The notes: a model not told the origin generated them from the letters alone. A stretch of DNA of 64,000 nucleotides from Candidatus Woesearchaeota archaeon B3_Woes (GCA_005222965.1 NJBG01000001.1:675533-739532); one strand, 5' to 3'; shown: positions 40,312-50,889, counted from the stretch's first letter. A program made the numbers and translations.

Positions 40312-41981
40312 AACATACTCCTTTTTATATAATGAGTATGTAATAATTTTTCAGATTTTCTACTTAAAGGAGCTCCTAAAAATTCATTATATATATCTTT
40401 CACTATTGGATTTTCATGAGATTTTCTAAAAGGTAATTTTCTATCTTCTTTGTAAATTGCCTTCATTCTTTTTTGTATTTTTTCTTCTGAATAAGGCAAT
40501 GGCTGTCCTCCACCACCTATACAACCGCCAGGGCAAGCCATTATTTCAATAAAATGATAATCATTTTTTCTTTCTAATAATTTTCTTGCATTAGCCAGGC
40601 CATTTGCAGCTGCATATTTAATTTTCCCTCCATTTAAACTAATAACACCTTCTTTAATACCACACATACCTCTTAATTGATTAAACTCAACCTTTTTCAG
40701 AGTTTTTCCAGTAGCTAATTCATAAACTGTTCTTAATGCAGCTTCCATTACCCCTCCTGTTGCTCCAAACATAACTCCTGCTCCTGTTGAAATTCCTAAA
40801 GCAGGATCAAACTTTTCATTAGGCAATGATTTAAAATCAATATTAAAATGCTTTATAAGTTTTGAAAATTCTCTTGTTGTTAAAACATAATCAACACCGC
40901 TCTTTAATTCAGGTCTTGTTGATTCAAATTTTTTTGCAGTACAAGGCATAACAGACACAACCACAATATCTTTTGGAGCTATATTTGATTTTTTAGCATA
41001 ATAAGTCTTAGTTAATACTCCTAACATTTCATGAGGGCTTTTACACGAAGACATGTTTTTCAGTAAATCATGATAAAAATGTTCCATAAACTTTATCCAC
41101 GCAGGGCAACATGTTGTTATCATAGGAAAAGGACCCCCTTTGCTTAATCTTCTAATAAATTCTGAAGCTTCTTCCATAATAGTCATATCAGCTCCTAAAT
41201 TTGTATCAAACACTTTATCAAAGCCACATCTTCTTAATGCACTTACCATTTTACCCTTAACCAAAGTTCCGGGTTTCATACCAAACTCTTCTCCTAAAGA
41301 CGCCCTTATAGAAGGTGCTGTCTGAACTACAACATGCTTTTTCTTATCTTTAAGAACCTTTAAAACATCTTGAAGATGTTCTCTTTCACTAATAGCCCCA
41401 ACAGGACATGCTGCAATGCACTGCCCGCATTTTATACAAGCCACATCATGAAGGCCGTGCTCAAAATAAGGAGTAACATGTTCATTATGGCCTCTTCCAG
41501 CAAAATCAATAGCCCATGTTGCTTGGACATCAGCACAAACCTGCACACACCTACCACAATTAACACATAAATTATTATCTCTTATTACAGATGTTCCTAA
41601 CTCAACCTTATATTTCCTCGTAGGGTCAAATCTTATATCTTTTAATCCAACATCCTGCACTATTTTACACAAGTCATGCTCTTTATTTTCTATAAAACAC
41701 TCTTTTGCATGCTCTGATATAAGCAATTCAGCATTAATCATTCTAGCTCTTTTAACCTTTTTAGAATTTGTTACAATCTCCATATCTTTTTCAGGATATT
41801 TTGAACAAGATGTTGATAATTTGCCATTAATCTCAACCAAACAAAGCCTGCACCTAGCTTCTGGTTTAAGATTTTCCTGATAGCATAGAGTAGGAATTTC
41901 TATTCCTCTATCTCTTAAAATATGAAGTAATGTTTTATTTTGATCACATTCAACAACCTTACCATCAATCTTTATCTTCAT
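40308..41981 (-). CDS. hydA: [FeFe]-hydrogenase catalytic subunit (group A)
   Basis: H-cluster motifs TTCCPAW, MPCTAKKFE, EIMACPGGCIGGGGQP; N-terminal 2Fe-2S and 2x4Fe-4S. Confidence 0.96.
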   Translation of the reverse strand: MKIKIDGKVVECDQNKTLLHILRDRGIEIPTLCYQENLKPEARCRLCLVEINGKLSTSCSKYPEKDMEIVTNSKKVKRARMINAELLISEHAKECFIENKEHDLCKIVQDVGLKDIRFDPTRKYKVELGTSVIRDNNLCVNCGRCVQVCADVQATWAIDFAGRGHNEHVTPYFEHGLHDVACIKCGQCIAACPVGAISEREHLQDVLKVLKDKKKHVVVQTAPSIRASLGEEFGMKPGTLVKGKMVSALRRCGFDKVFDTNLGADMTIMEEASEFIRRLSKGGPFPMITTCCPAWIKFMEHFYHDLLKNMSSCKSPHEMLGVLTKTYYAKKSNIAPKDIVVVSVMPCTAKKFESTRPELKSGVDYVLTTREFSKLIKHFNIDFKSLPNEKFDPALGISTGAGVMFGATGGVMEAALRTVYELATGKTLKKVEFNQLRGMCGIKEGVISLNGGKIKYAAANGLANARKLLERKNDYHFIEIMACPGGCIGGGGQPLPYSEEKIQKRMKAIYKEDRKLPFRKSHENPIVKDIYNEFLGAPLSRKSEKLLHTHYIKRSMF

Positions 41982-43090
41982 TTGACTTTTGCCTCAAACT
42001 CTTTTCTAAAATATTTTAAAGCAGTAATTAAATGTTGAGTAGACGTTTGACCCAGTCCACAAAAAGAAGTTTCTTTTATCACTTCAGCAAGTTCTTCTAA
42101 AGTATCTAAATCTTTTTTAGTTGCTTCTCCCATTGAAATGTTCTCTAATAAAGCTAATATCCTCATTGTTCCCTCTCTACATGGGGTGCATTTTCCACAG
42201 GATTCAAACTCATAGAATTTTGCAATGTTTGTTGCTACATCAACAATAGATTGTTTTTCATCAACAACAATTACACTACAAGCTCCTAAAACACACTCTT
42301 TTCCACATATATTTTCAGGAGTTAACTTAATATCACAATAAGGAAGACACCCACCAAAACAACCAAAGTAAACAGCTTTTACTTTGTTTTTAGGCCTGCC
42401 CATCTTAATAAGCTCACATAAATTTGTTCCTAGAGGAAGTTCATAAACACCAGGATTAGTAACATTTCCTGATAAACAAAACAACCTCAACATACTGTCC
42501 CAATCCTCAAACATTACAGCTAAAGGAACATTTGCTAATGTCTCAACATTATTAATCACAGTCGGCTTTCCAAACAAACCATCTGTTGTTGGAAAAGGAG
42601 GTTTATCTCTTGGTTGGCCCCTCTTCCCTTCAATTGATTCTATTATTGCTGTTTCATCACCACAAACATAAGAACCAGCACCTAAAATAATTTCAATCTT
42701 AACTTTTGATTTTGTTTTTCTAACAACATTTTTAATTACTTTATTTAATCCTTTTTCTAAATAATCATATTCCCCTCTCAAATAAATAAAAGCCTTCTCT
42801 GCTCCAACAGCAAAAGCAGCAATAAGAATCCCTTCAATAACCAACTCTGGATTATAATTTAAAATAAATTTATCCTTAAATGTTCCAGGCTCTCCTTCAT
42901 CAGCATTACAGATAATATATTTTTCTTTACCAGGAGACTTTAAAGCCATCTCCCATTTTAATCCTGTTAAAAAACTAGCTCCACCCCTACCAGTCAAACC
43001 TTTTTCTTTTATTAACTTAATAACCTTTTTCTGTCCTAACATAACAGATTTTGCATAAGCTTTTTGATCAGTCTTTCTTAAAATTTGCAT
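41978..43090 (-). CDS. hydB: NuoF-like FMN/NAD(H)-binding hydrogenase subunit (short)
   Basis: GRGGASF, NADEGEPGTFKD, ESCGKCTPCREG, CGLG. Confidence 0.92.
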   Translation of the reverse strand: MQILRKTDQKAYAKSVMLGQKKVIKLIKEKGLTGRGGASFLTGLKWEMALKSPGKEKYIICNADEGEPGTFKDKFILNYNPELVIEGILIAAFAVGAEKAFIYLRGEYDYLEKGLNKVIKNVVRKTKSKVKIEIILGAGSYVCGDETAIIESIEGKRGQPRDKPPFPTTDGLFGKPTVINNVETLANVPLAVMFEDWDSMLRLFCLSGNVTNPGVYELPLGTNLCELIKMGRPKNKVKAVYFGCFGGCLPYCDIKLTPENICGKECVLGACSVIVVDEKQSIVDVATNIAKFYEFESCGKCTPCREGTMRILALLENISMGEATKKDLDTLEELAEVIKETSFCGLGQTSTQHLITALKYFRKEFEAKVK

Positions 43091-43488
43091 TTATCTAGTA
43101 TTTCCTCTATCTTTTTCTTTGTTAAATTACCATAAACTCTTTCATTTATCTTCATAGCAGGCGCCTGATCACAACAACCAATACAAGAACAAATATGCAG
43201 ACTAAATTTTCCATTCTTTGTTGTTTCACCAGACTTTATCTTCAATTTTTTCTCAAGAAATTTAATCAAATCAATAGAACCATTAACATAACAAGAAGGA
43301 GAATCACAAATTTCAATAATGTATTTCCCTTGTTTTTTTGTATGCAACATTGAATAGAATGTAGCAGTAGCATATATCTTAGCAATAGGAATACTTGTTT
43401 TTTTACTCAACTTCTTCATATCCTTTTCAGAAATATATCTCTTTTTTTTCTGTATATCCTTAAGTAATGGAAGCAACAAGTAATTCAT
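43078..43488 (-). CDS. hydC: NuoE-like 2Fe-2S hydrogenase subunit
   Basis: ATFYS, CDSPSC, CIGCCDQAP. Confidence 0.92.
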   Translation of the reverse strand: MNYLLLPLLKDIQKKKRYISEKDMKKLSKKTSIPIAKIYATATFYSMLHTKKQGKYIIEICDSPSCYVNGSIDLIKFLEKKLKIKSGETTKNGKFSLHICSCIGCCDQAPAMKINERVYGNLTKKKIEEILDKCKF

Positions 43489-43582
43489 TATTCACCTCTT
43501 TAGTATTTTATTGTAATTTACTCTATTTATAATTTATGTTTTCTCCGATAATTATTTAAATATAAAACATTACAACTAAAAT

Positions 43583-44125
43583 ATGTACGAATTTATTAAC
43601 ATTAAAAGATATGATTATAGTAACAAATACCAAAACATAGAAATGGTTATTTTTTCTATAGCAGGATTTTTCATCCCATTCTTTATAGGACATCCACAAC
43701 TTTTGGTTGGAGCTCTAGTAAACGCCTTCTTAATCTCAGCAGGAATTCATCTTAAAGGTTATAGAATTTGGCCAATAATACTAATGCCTTCTCTAGGTGT
43801 TTTATCAAGAGGAATAATATTCGGGCCATTTACACCTTATCTTCTTTATCTAATTCCATTTATCTGGATAGGAAACTCATTACTAGTTATTACTTTTAAA
43901 TATTTTAAAACACATAAGAAAATGAATTATTGGTTAACACTAGCAATTGGAATTATCCTAAAAGCAGGATTTTTATTTACAATAACTTATTTATTATTCA
44001 AATTAAGCGTATTACCTGTTATATTCTTAACAGCAATGGGAATTCTACAAGTAATAACAGCATTAATTGGTGGCCTACTTGCTTTTGGCTATGAAAAAAT
44101 AAATTATAAACTCTTAACCATATAA
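43583..44125 (+). CDS. integral membrane protein (ECF S-component-like)
   Basis: Five to six TMs; QLLVGALVNAFL, PFIWIGN. Confidence 0.6.
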   Translation: MYEFINIKRYDYSNKYQNIEMVIFSIAGFFIPFFIGHPQLLVGALVNAFLISAGIHLKGYRIWPIILMPSLGVLSRGIIFGPFTPYLLYLIPFIWIGNSLLVITFKYFKTHKKMNYWLTLAIGIILKAGFLFTITYLLFKLSVLPVIFLTAMGILQVITALIGGLLAFGYEKINYKLLTI

Positions 44126-45789
44126 GGCCCTTCTTTTTTATAACCTAATTTTCTATAATAGTTTCTAACACCTACTCCAGAAATAACAACAACTTTATTT
44201 TTATAATATGTTTTAGCAATATTTTCAGCTTTCTTAACCAATAATCTTCCAACACCTTTATGTTGAACCTCTCCCTTTTTACCAACACCAACCATTGAAC
44301 CATACACATGCAACTCCCTTATTAAAGCAGAATCTTTTGTAATCTCTTTTACTAAACTTTGTGAAGGGAATCTCAATCTGCAAAAACCAACAATATAATC
44401 TTTATATTCAGCAGAAATAAAAAATTCATTACCTTTAGAAGCTTTATAATGTTCTGTCTTTATTTTAATTTTCTTATCATCCATCTTTCCTTTAAACCTT
44501 CCAATCTCTCTACACCTTATACATCTGCATTTTATTTTCTTCTTTTTCAAAACTTCATCAACATACTGTCTTAAATTAGTCCTATCAACACCAGCTTTTG
44601 TCATAAAAGTTGGAATATCTCTCTGAACACGCATCACTCTGACATATTCCGGAATCTTTTTCTTAAATTCTACAATTAAATCAATAGCCTGTTTCGTTGT
44701 TATTGGTTTATACTTGCCTTTTTTCCATAAATTATAGAGTTTGGTTCCTCTTAAAACCATACAAGGATATAATTTTAACATATCTGGTTGAAAATTTCCA
44801 TCTTCAAATAAGATTTTCAGATTTTCTAAATCCTTTTTCTTATTTACACCAGGCAATCCTAACATCATATGATAATTTATCTTAAATCCTAAATCTTTTA
44901 GTATTCTAGTTGATTCAATTGAATCCTCAACACTATGCCCTCTTTTTATTTTCTCCAAAACAGGATTAAAAACACTTTGTACTCCTAATTCAACTCTTGT
45001 GCATCCTAATCTTAACATATCTTTTCCGTGTTTTAGGCCACCATAATCAGGTCTTGTTTCAATTGTTAGACCAACACACCGTATATTTGAACTTTCATTT
45101 AGTTTTTGTTCTTTTTCTAAACTTGTTTTTTGATTTTTTGATTTTAATAACTTAGAAAAGATTCTTTTTCTTCTTTTTTCATCTTCTATATCCCCTGGCA
45201 ACTCAAAAAATCTTTTGAATTTAACAAAATCCAACTCATTCTTTTTAAAGAACAACCTTGAAAAATCATTCATTGCTTTGAAAGCGTACATAACAAAATC
45301 TTCTCTGTATTTTTTATTAAAACTCGGAAAAGTTCCACCCATTACTATTAACTCAACCTTATCAGCTGTATGCCCTTGAACAATATATTGCTCTAATCTG
45401 TTCATAACCTGCAAATAAGGATCATACAAATTTCTTATAGCTCTTCTAGTAGCTGGCTCTTTTCCAGTATAACTCTGAGGAACAGAACCAAAAACACTCT
45501 TAGGTCCACCAGGACACATAAGACATTTCCCATGAGGACATTTCAAAGGCTTAGTCATTATTGCACAGACAGCAACACCAGAAATAGTTCTTGTCTCTTT
45601 ACTCAATAGATATTTTTTTACTATTGCCAAATCTTTCCCCCCAACATTCAATAAAACTTCAATATCATTAGGAATTTTTCTTAACTTATATTTGCTACTT
45701 AAATGAGTCTTAAACCCAGTTATTTTATGTTTATCTGGCTTTTCCTTTCTAATAAAATCCACTATCTCTTTGATATACTCTTTATTCAT
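44104..45789 (-). CDS. elp3: Elp3 tRNA U34 acetyltransferase (radical SAM + GNAT)
   Basis: RTISGVA, CPHGKCLMCPGG, ETRPD, RELHVYG, QHKGVG, ISGVGVR. Confidence 0.97.
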   Translation of the reverse strand: MNKEYIKEIVDFIRKEKPDKHKITGFKTHLSSKYKLRKIPNDIEVLLNVGGKDLAIVKKYLLSKETRTISGVAVCAIMTKPLKCPHGKCLMCPGGPKSVFGSVPQSYTGKEPATRRAIRNLYDPYLQVMNRLEQYIVQGHTADKVELIVMGGTFPSFNKKYREDFVMYAFKAMNDFSRLFFKKNELDFVKFKRFFELPGDIEDEKRRKRIFSKLLKSKNQKTSLEKEQKLNESSNIRCVGLTIETRPDYGGLKHGKDMLRLGCTRVELGVQSVFNPVLEKIKRGHSVEDSIESTRILKDLGFKINYHMMLGLPGVNKKKDLENLKILFEDGNFQPDMLKLYPCMVLRGTKLYNLWKKGKYKPITTKQAIDLIVEFKKKIPEYVRVMRVQRDIPTFMTKAGVDRTNLRQYVDEVLKKKKIKCRCIRCREIGRFKGKMDDKKIKIKTEHYKASKGNEFFISAEYKDYIVGFCRLRFPSQSLVKEITKDSALIRELHVYGSMVGVGKKGEVQHKGVGRLLVKKAENIAKTYYKNKVVVISGVGVRNYYRKLGYKKEGPYMVKSL

Positions 45790-45824
45790 GTTAAAAAGAT
45801 ATTATAGAATGTTTATAAAAGTAA

Positions 45825-45885
45825 TGGCAAATCCAGTGTGAACCTAGCTGGATGCTAGGTCCTCAACTGGATGAGTCTTTCGCCA
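45825..45885. ncRNA. GC-rich nested hairpin; candidate ncRNA or terminator
   Basis: tggc/gcca, atccagt/actggat and acctagc/gctaggt stems in AT-rich context. Confidence 0.4.
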
Positions 45886-45893
45886 AGCGTGAT

Positions 45894-46064
45894 TTATGAT
45901 TTACTCTGTTTAATCTCAATATACCATTTATTTTTTTTAGCGTCATACCTAAACAAAACATCATGTTTTTTGGATTTATCAATAGCAAAAAGTAGAGGCA
46001 TAGGAATAGTAGTTTCAAAACTAGACCCTCTTTTGTATAGTTTTCTCTTGATCTCTGTAGTCAT
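45894..46064 (-). CDS. small AbrB/MazE-like protein (56 aa, not in ORF track)
   Basis: MTTEIKRKLYKRGSSFETTIPMPLL..WYIEIK. Confidence 0.65.
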   Translation of the reverse strand: MTTEIKRKLYKRGSSFETTIPMPLLFAIDKSKKHDVLFRYDAKKNKWYIEIKQSKS

Positions 46065-46187
46065 TCTATACTTATTTATTTACTTTAATAACTTCTTAGA
46101 AATATACTTATATTTAAATGTTGTTATTGCACAAAACACTAACTTTATATATCTTAAAAAATAAAATAAATCAAAGAGGTGAAATAA

Positions 46188-47159
46188 TTGTATGATGTAA
46201 TAACAGTGGGCTCTGCAACAGTTGATGCTTTTACTAATACAGGTTCTAAACTATTCCAAGGATCTAGATTTAGAAAATATGTAGCTGTACCCTTTGGAAC
46301 AAAAATAGTTATTGATGATCTAAAATTTGATATAGGTGGCGGTGGAACAAATACAGCAGTCGCTCTATCAAGACTAGGATTAAAAGTCTCTTATATAGGC
46401 GCAATTGGTCGTGGAACAAATAGTAAAAGAGTTATAAATCTGCTACAAAAAGAAAATATTGATACTTCTTTTATTCAAAATGATTTTGGAAGAACAGGAT
46501 TTAGTGTTATTCTAGATGCAGTTGGCCATGACAGAACAATCTTAACATTTAAGGGAAATAATGATGACTTAAATTTTAATAAAATTAACAAATCTAAATT
46601 AAAAACAAAATGGTTTTACTTTTCTTCAATGCTTGAAAAGAGTTTTGAAACACAAAAAAAATTAGCAGATTTTGCTGTTAAAAACAAAATAAAGATTGTT
46701 TATAATCCTAGCTCATATCTTGCTAAAAAAGGAGCAAAATATATTCAATATATCCTTAAAAGAACAGATATATTAATTCTAAATAAAGAAGAAGCAGCTT
46801 ATTTAGTTGGAAAAAGAAAACCAAAAATAACTCTAAATAAACTTCTTAAACTAGGACCAAAATTAGTTGTTGTTACAGATGGGAAAAATCCAATCTATGC
46901 AACAGAAGGAAAAGAGATATATTCATTAAAGCCGTCTAGTATTCCTGTTTTAGAATCAACAGGTGCAGGAGATGCCTTTGCCTCAAGCTTTTTAGCAGGC
47001 ATAATAAAAAAACAAGATATTGAATTTGCTCTAAAACTTAGCTTAGTAAATTCACAATCAGTAATAACTCATTATGGTGCAAAAAACAAGTTAATGAAAT
47101 ACAAAGAAGCATTAACTAAAATAAAAAACATGGATGTTAAAAAAGAAAAAATAAATTAA
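46188..47159 (+). CDS. PfkB-family carbohydrate kinase
   Basis: GGGGTNTAVALSRLG, ESTGAGDAF. Confidence 0.93.
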   Translation: MYDVITVGSATVDAFTNTGSKLFQGSRFRKYVAVPFGTKIVIDDLKFDIGGGGTNTAVALSRLGLKVSYIGAIGRGTNSKRVINLLQKENIDTSFIQNDFGRTGFSVILDAVGHDRTILTFKGNNDDLNFNKINKSKLKTKWFYFSSMLEKSFETQKKLADFAVKNKIKIVYNPSSYLAKKGAKYIQYILKRTDILILNKEEAAYLVGKRKPKITLNKLLKLGPKLVVVTDGKNPIYATEGKEIYSLKPSSIPVLESTGAGDAFASSFLAGIIKKQDIEFALKLSLVNSQSVITHYGAKNKLMKYKEALTKIKNMDVKKEKIN

Positions 47160-48826
47160 ATAGCAATCTTTTCTCCAGTTTTACCTCTTGTATATTTTCC
47201 TGGTCTAAATTCAGCAGCACTAAAAACAGGACCATCAACACAAGATCTTTCTCCATTTGGTGTTGAGCATTTACCACAAATTCCAACACCACAGCTTACC
47301 ATCCTTTCTACTAGATGATTTATATAATCAGAAGGAGTATTTCTTCTCTCTATTTCATCAACAAGCTTCATTACAATTTCAGGACCACAATTAAAAAAAT
47401 AAGGTTTTTCAAAATCTCCTTTACTTAATTGTATGTTTAATAAATCTGAAACAAAACCTTGATATCCATACGAACCATCATCTGTTGCAGTATAAACTTC
47501 TCCCATATCAGAAAGATTATCTAAATAAACAAGTTCTTCCTTAGTTTTAGCACCAATTACAAATATTTTTCTTCCTTTATGATGTGTTGCAGCATGATGT
47601 ATAGGTGCAATACCACACCCAGCCCCAACATAAATAACAGTTTTATCATCAGGAAGTCTAAAATCATTACCATAAGGACCTCTAACTCTAACAACACTAT
47701 TTTCTTTTAAACCAAATATCATAGAAGTAGTTTCACCAACCTTTCTAACTACCAATTCAAGACCATCTTCATCATTTGCTACAGAAAAGGGTTTTGTATT
47801 TCTATCACCAACTTTAAGAAAAACATATTGACCAGGACCAGCATCTATATTTTCATTAAATTTTATTAATCTTAATGTTTCACTTAATTCAACAATCTTC
47901 TTAACAGTAAAAGGATGATATTGTTTTGCTTCTTTAGATCTAGTCATTCCTAATGCTAGATTACTACCATTTCTTAAATCAACTTCAAGCTGAAGAAAAT
48001 ATTTTTCTATTTGTTCAGAATTTAGTTCAGCTAAAGAAGTACCTATCCCATAAAAGAAATTCTTATCAATTTCATCTAATTTTCTTATATCAGAAGCACT
48101 ACTTATTCCACCCATAACAATCATTGGAACATCTACAGCTTTTCTTATTCTCCTAATAGTTTTATATGTTGTAGGAAAAATTATAGCACCAGAAAGTCCT
48201 CCAAATCCGTTACTTAATTCCTGATTTGGACCTCCTAAAGTATTTATTCCAGATATAGCATTTGCTCCTGCATCAACAGCAGCCCTTGCTATTTGTTCAA
48301 TATCAGAAACACCAGCATTTAATTTTACAACTAATGGCTTTTTCGTAACTTTTCTAACTTCAGAAACAACAGAATGAACTATTTCAGGATCAGAACCAAT
48401 CAAAATTCCTCCTCTTTCAGCATGTGGGCATGAAACATTTATTTCAATACCATCAACAACATCTCCTAATTCATCAAATTTATGAGCACAATAAGCAAAC
48501 CTTCCTTCATCACTTTCACCTATTTGCGGCATTAAAAAAACATCATCAGGAACAGATTCTTTTAGTTCACAAAAACCTTTTATAGTTTCTTCTAAACCAG
48601 GATTTGTATACCCAACAGCATTCCACCCTGAATCAGGATTTGGTAAAACAAATATATCTTCTGGATTCCCTTCTCTTGATTCAATTGTTGTGCTTTTTCC
48701 AACATAAAAACCAAGCTGCGGAATATTTTGCAACATTAATCTTGCAGTATCAGAATTAGTTGAAATTACTCCTGATGGAAATCCAAAACGCCCTCTTACT
48801 TCTTTTCCTAATAAATTATGCATCAT
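47156..48826 (-). CDS. pyrD: fused dihydroorotate dehydrogenase (PyrD 1B) and electron-transfer subunit (PyrK)
   Basis: NAVGYTNPG, EINVSCPH, INT, GGLSG; then PGQY, KPFS, GAGCGIAP, CGVGICGKC, CVDGPVF. Confidence 0.88.
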   Translation of the reverse strand: MMHNLLGKEVRGRFGFPSGVISTNSDTARLMLQNIPQLGFYVGKSTTIESREGNPEDIFVLPNPDSGWNAVGYTNPGLEETIKGFCELKESVPDDVFLMPQIGESDEGRFAYCAHKFDELGDVVDGIEINVSCPHAERGGILIGSDPEIVHSVVSEVRKVTKKPLVVKLNAGVSDIEQIARAAVDAGANAISGINTLGGPNQELSNGFGGLSGAIIFPTTYKTIRRIRKAVDVPMIVMGGISSASDIRKLDEIDKNFFYGIGTSLAELNSEQIEKYFLQLEVDLRNGSNLALGMTRSKEAKQYHPFTVKKIVELSETLRLIKFNENIDAGPGQYVFLKVGDRNTKPFSVANDEDGLELVVRKVGETTSMIFGLKENSVVRVRGPYGNDFRLPDDKTVIYVGAGCGIAPIHHAATHHKGRKIFVIGAKTKEELVYLDNLSDMGEVYTATDDGSYGYQGFVSDLLNIQLSKGDFEKPYFFNCGPEIVMKLVDEIERRNTPSDYINHLVERMVSCGVGICGKCSTPNGERSCVDGPVFSAAEFRPGKYTRGKTGEKIAI

Positions 48827-48839
48827 ATGGAATAAAAAA

Positions 48840-49754
48840 TTAAATTGGACCTATTGCTTCATTAAGAGCATTTAATTCTGCAACACAAACCTTTGCATAA
48901 TCATCTGGTGCTGCTTGTTTTTGCTTTGCCCATGGGTGTGTTATTCCACTTGAACTATTAATTCTAGCTAGTCTTAAATCATATTCTGCTTCACGCAAAA
49001 CAGCAACAACTTCATCTGCTTTGCCTCCCTGACCACCCACACCAGGAATCAATAAGGGAATCTGATTTTTATTATAATTAACATCATCATTCATATAAAG
49101 ATTAACTAAAATACCTAACTCTTCAGGAGAAGTTGCACCAATAACAGCTCCAACCCCTGAGTGATCTGTTGCCCATTCTATAATTTTTTCAGCAACATCT
49201 TTATAAAGACGAGACATACTGGCTCTAGTATCCAAACTCTGAAAATCACTTGCTCCTGGATTTGATGTTCTATTTAATATATAAATTCCCTTTCCTTGTT
49301 CATCATTACAATAATCTCCAAAAGGCATTATAGAATCTTTCCCCATATAAGGAGAAACTGTTACAGCATCTGCTTGCCATCCTTCAAAACCCTCTACAGC
49401 ATAATTTGCAGATGATTTAGCAATATCTCCTCTTTTATTATCCAAAATAACAGGAATATCAGGAAAATTCACCCTAATAAATTTCAAAACTCTTGACAAA
49501 GCCATTCTTCCAGGAAAAGCCCCTTGTGCACCTTTATCATGTCTTGAATAAAAACCTTCATTTGGTTTAAATGCTCCTGGAAATACCTTTTGATCTATCA
49601 TCTCTCTAAAAATATTTTCCAAATATCCATCAACATGGTTCACACCATACCTTGAAAATTCTTCAGGCATTGCCTCAATAACAGGATCTAAACCCATACA
49701 AACAATACTTCCTCTTTTTTCAGCAGATTCTACTAATTTGTCTAAATAATTCAT
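48840..49754 (-). CDS. pyrF: orotidine-5'-phosphate decarboxylase
   Basis: CMGLDP, FKPN, LDNKRGDI, TSNPG, LIPGVGGQGG. Confidence 0.95.
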   Translation of the reverse strand: MNYLDKLVESAEKRGSIVCMGLDPVIEAMPEEFSRYGVNHVDGYLENIFREMIDQKVFPGAFKPNEGFYSRHDKGAQGAFPGRMALSRVLKFIRVNFPDIPVILDNKRGDIAKSSANYAVEGFEGWQADAVTVSPYMGKDSIMPFGDYCNDEQGKGIYILNRTSNPGASDFQSLDTRASMSRLYKDVAEKIIEWATDHSGVGAVIGATSPEELGILVNLYMNDDVNYNKNQIPLLIPGVGGQGGKADEVVAVLREAEYDLRLARINSSSGITHPWAKQKQAAPDDYAKVCVAELNALNEAIGPI

Positions 49755-50587
49755 TTGAATTTCCTCCCCATAATTCTATTGGCTTCATCTATAACTTTTT
49801 GTCGTAATGTTTCCCCATCAGCATAACTATATTTTTTTGGATCTTTTTGATAATCACAAATAAGTTCATGTTCTTCTGGAATCATATCATCTTTAAGCCA
49901 ACCAAGACCATATGTGTTAAATTTAATTAGTGCATGTAAATACATACCCAATTTCTCAGCTTCTTCTGCAGCTCCAACCTCCCTATCCAAAACAACAGCA
50001 ACATGATCTAAACTTACATCCTCAACACCCCTCCTCCTCAATTCATATTCTACTTTAAGTTTAGCAATTGCTTTACTAGCAAAAGTAGTAACCATATCAT
50101 CAGTTATACATATAATATCTCCATTATGAAATCTTCCCTCAACTAATTCTTTGCTACCATACCCATATTCTTCATCCATTAATGAAAGAACACTTTTTGC
50201 ATCTTCAAGATTTGTAGGTTTTGCATATCTTCCAGGAAACGATCTTGTATAAGAATAAGGAATCAATTCACAGCCAGGACCTTGTGCAACAGCCATTGCT
50301 GAAACTAAAGGGATACCAGCCATTTCAATTCCTGTAATTTGAGTTACACCAGGAACCTCATCCCTTACCATATGATTCATAAGAAAAGAAATATCTGATA
50401 CAATCTCTGGGGAAGCTCCAACTGGTCTTAAATTAAAATACCAAGGACTCCATTCACAACTCATTAACAACCACCCTCCTTGTTGATGTCTGGGTTTTTG
50501 TGTATTATACAAAGTTTCAATATACCCTTTACGATATAAATCTTTAAGAACTCTTTGTGCACCTTCTTGTCTTTCTTCTATTTGCAT
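49751..50587 (-). CDS. pyrE: orotate phosphoribosyltransferase (divergent, long)
   Basis: SPWYFNLR, GIEMAGIP, ITDDMVTT, VVLDRE; operon context. Confidence 0.82.
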   Translation of the reverse strand: MQIEERQEGAQRVLKDLYRKGYIETLYNTQKPRHQQGGWLLMSCEWSPWYFNLRPVGASPEIVSDISFLMNHMVRDEVPGVTQITGIEMAGIPLVSAMAVAQGPGCELIPYSYTRSFPGRYAKPTNLEDAKSVLSLMDEEYGYGSKELVEGRFHNGDIICITDDMVTTFASKAIAKLKVEYELRRRGVEDVSLDHVAVVLDREVGAAEEAEKLGMYLHALIKFNTYGLGWLKDDMIPEEHELICDYQKDPKKYSYADGETLRQKVIDEANRIMGRKFK

Positions 50588-50677
50588 TATAAATCCCCCT
50601 TAATGTTAGTATAAGACTTATTCAAGAACTAGTTTAAATACTTTTGTATGGTTTTGTCGTCCTAAACTTGGGACAAC

Positions 50678-50887
50678 TTACTTTTTATCTTCAGAACTTT
50701 TCATCTCAACATAACCACACTTTCCACAATATAATCTATCTTTATGGTTAGCTAAGAACACACCCATACCACATTTTGGGCATGATTTATTTTTTCTTTT
50801 AACAGAATTACCAGAAACTTCATAATTTTCATATCTTTTACTGGTCTTTTTCTTTTTTACTTCCTTGCCTTCTTTCTTATCTGCCAT
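50678..50887 (-). CDS. rps27ae: 30S ribosomal protein S27ae
   Basis: CPKCG..FLANH..YCGKCG. Confidence 0.95.
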   Translation of the reverse strand: MADKKEGKEVKKKKTSKRYENYEVSGNSVKRKNKSCPKCGMGVFLANHKDRLYCGKCGYVEMKSSEDKK

Positions 50888-50889
50888 TT

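Noticed and set aside
45860..45885. Hammerhead ribozyme or SRP RNA
   Set aside because: No CUGAUGA/GAAA core in the correct arrangement and no SRP helix-8 motif
45871..46164. 97-aa plus-strand ORF (likewise 3529-3711 and 55354-55644)
   Set aside because: Opposite-strand small ORFs with recognisable motifs explain these regions better
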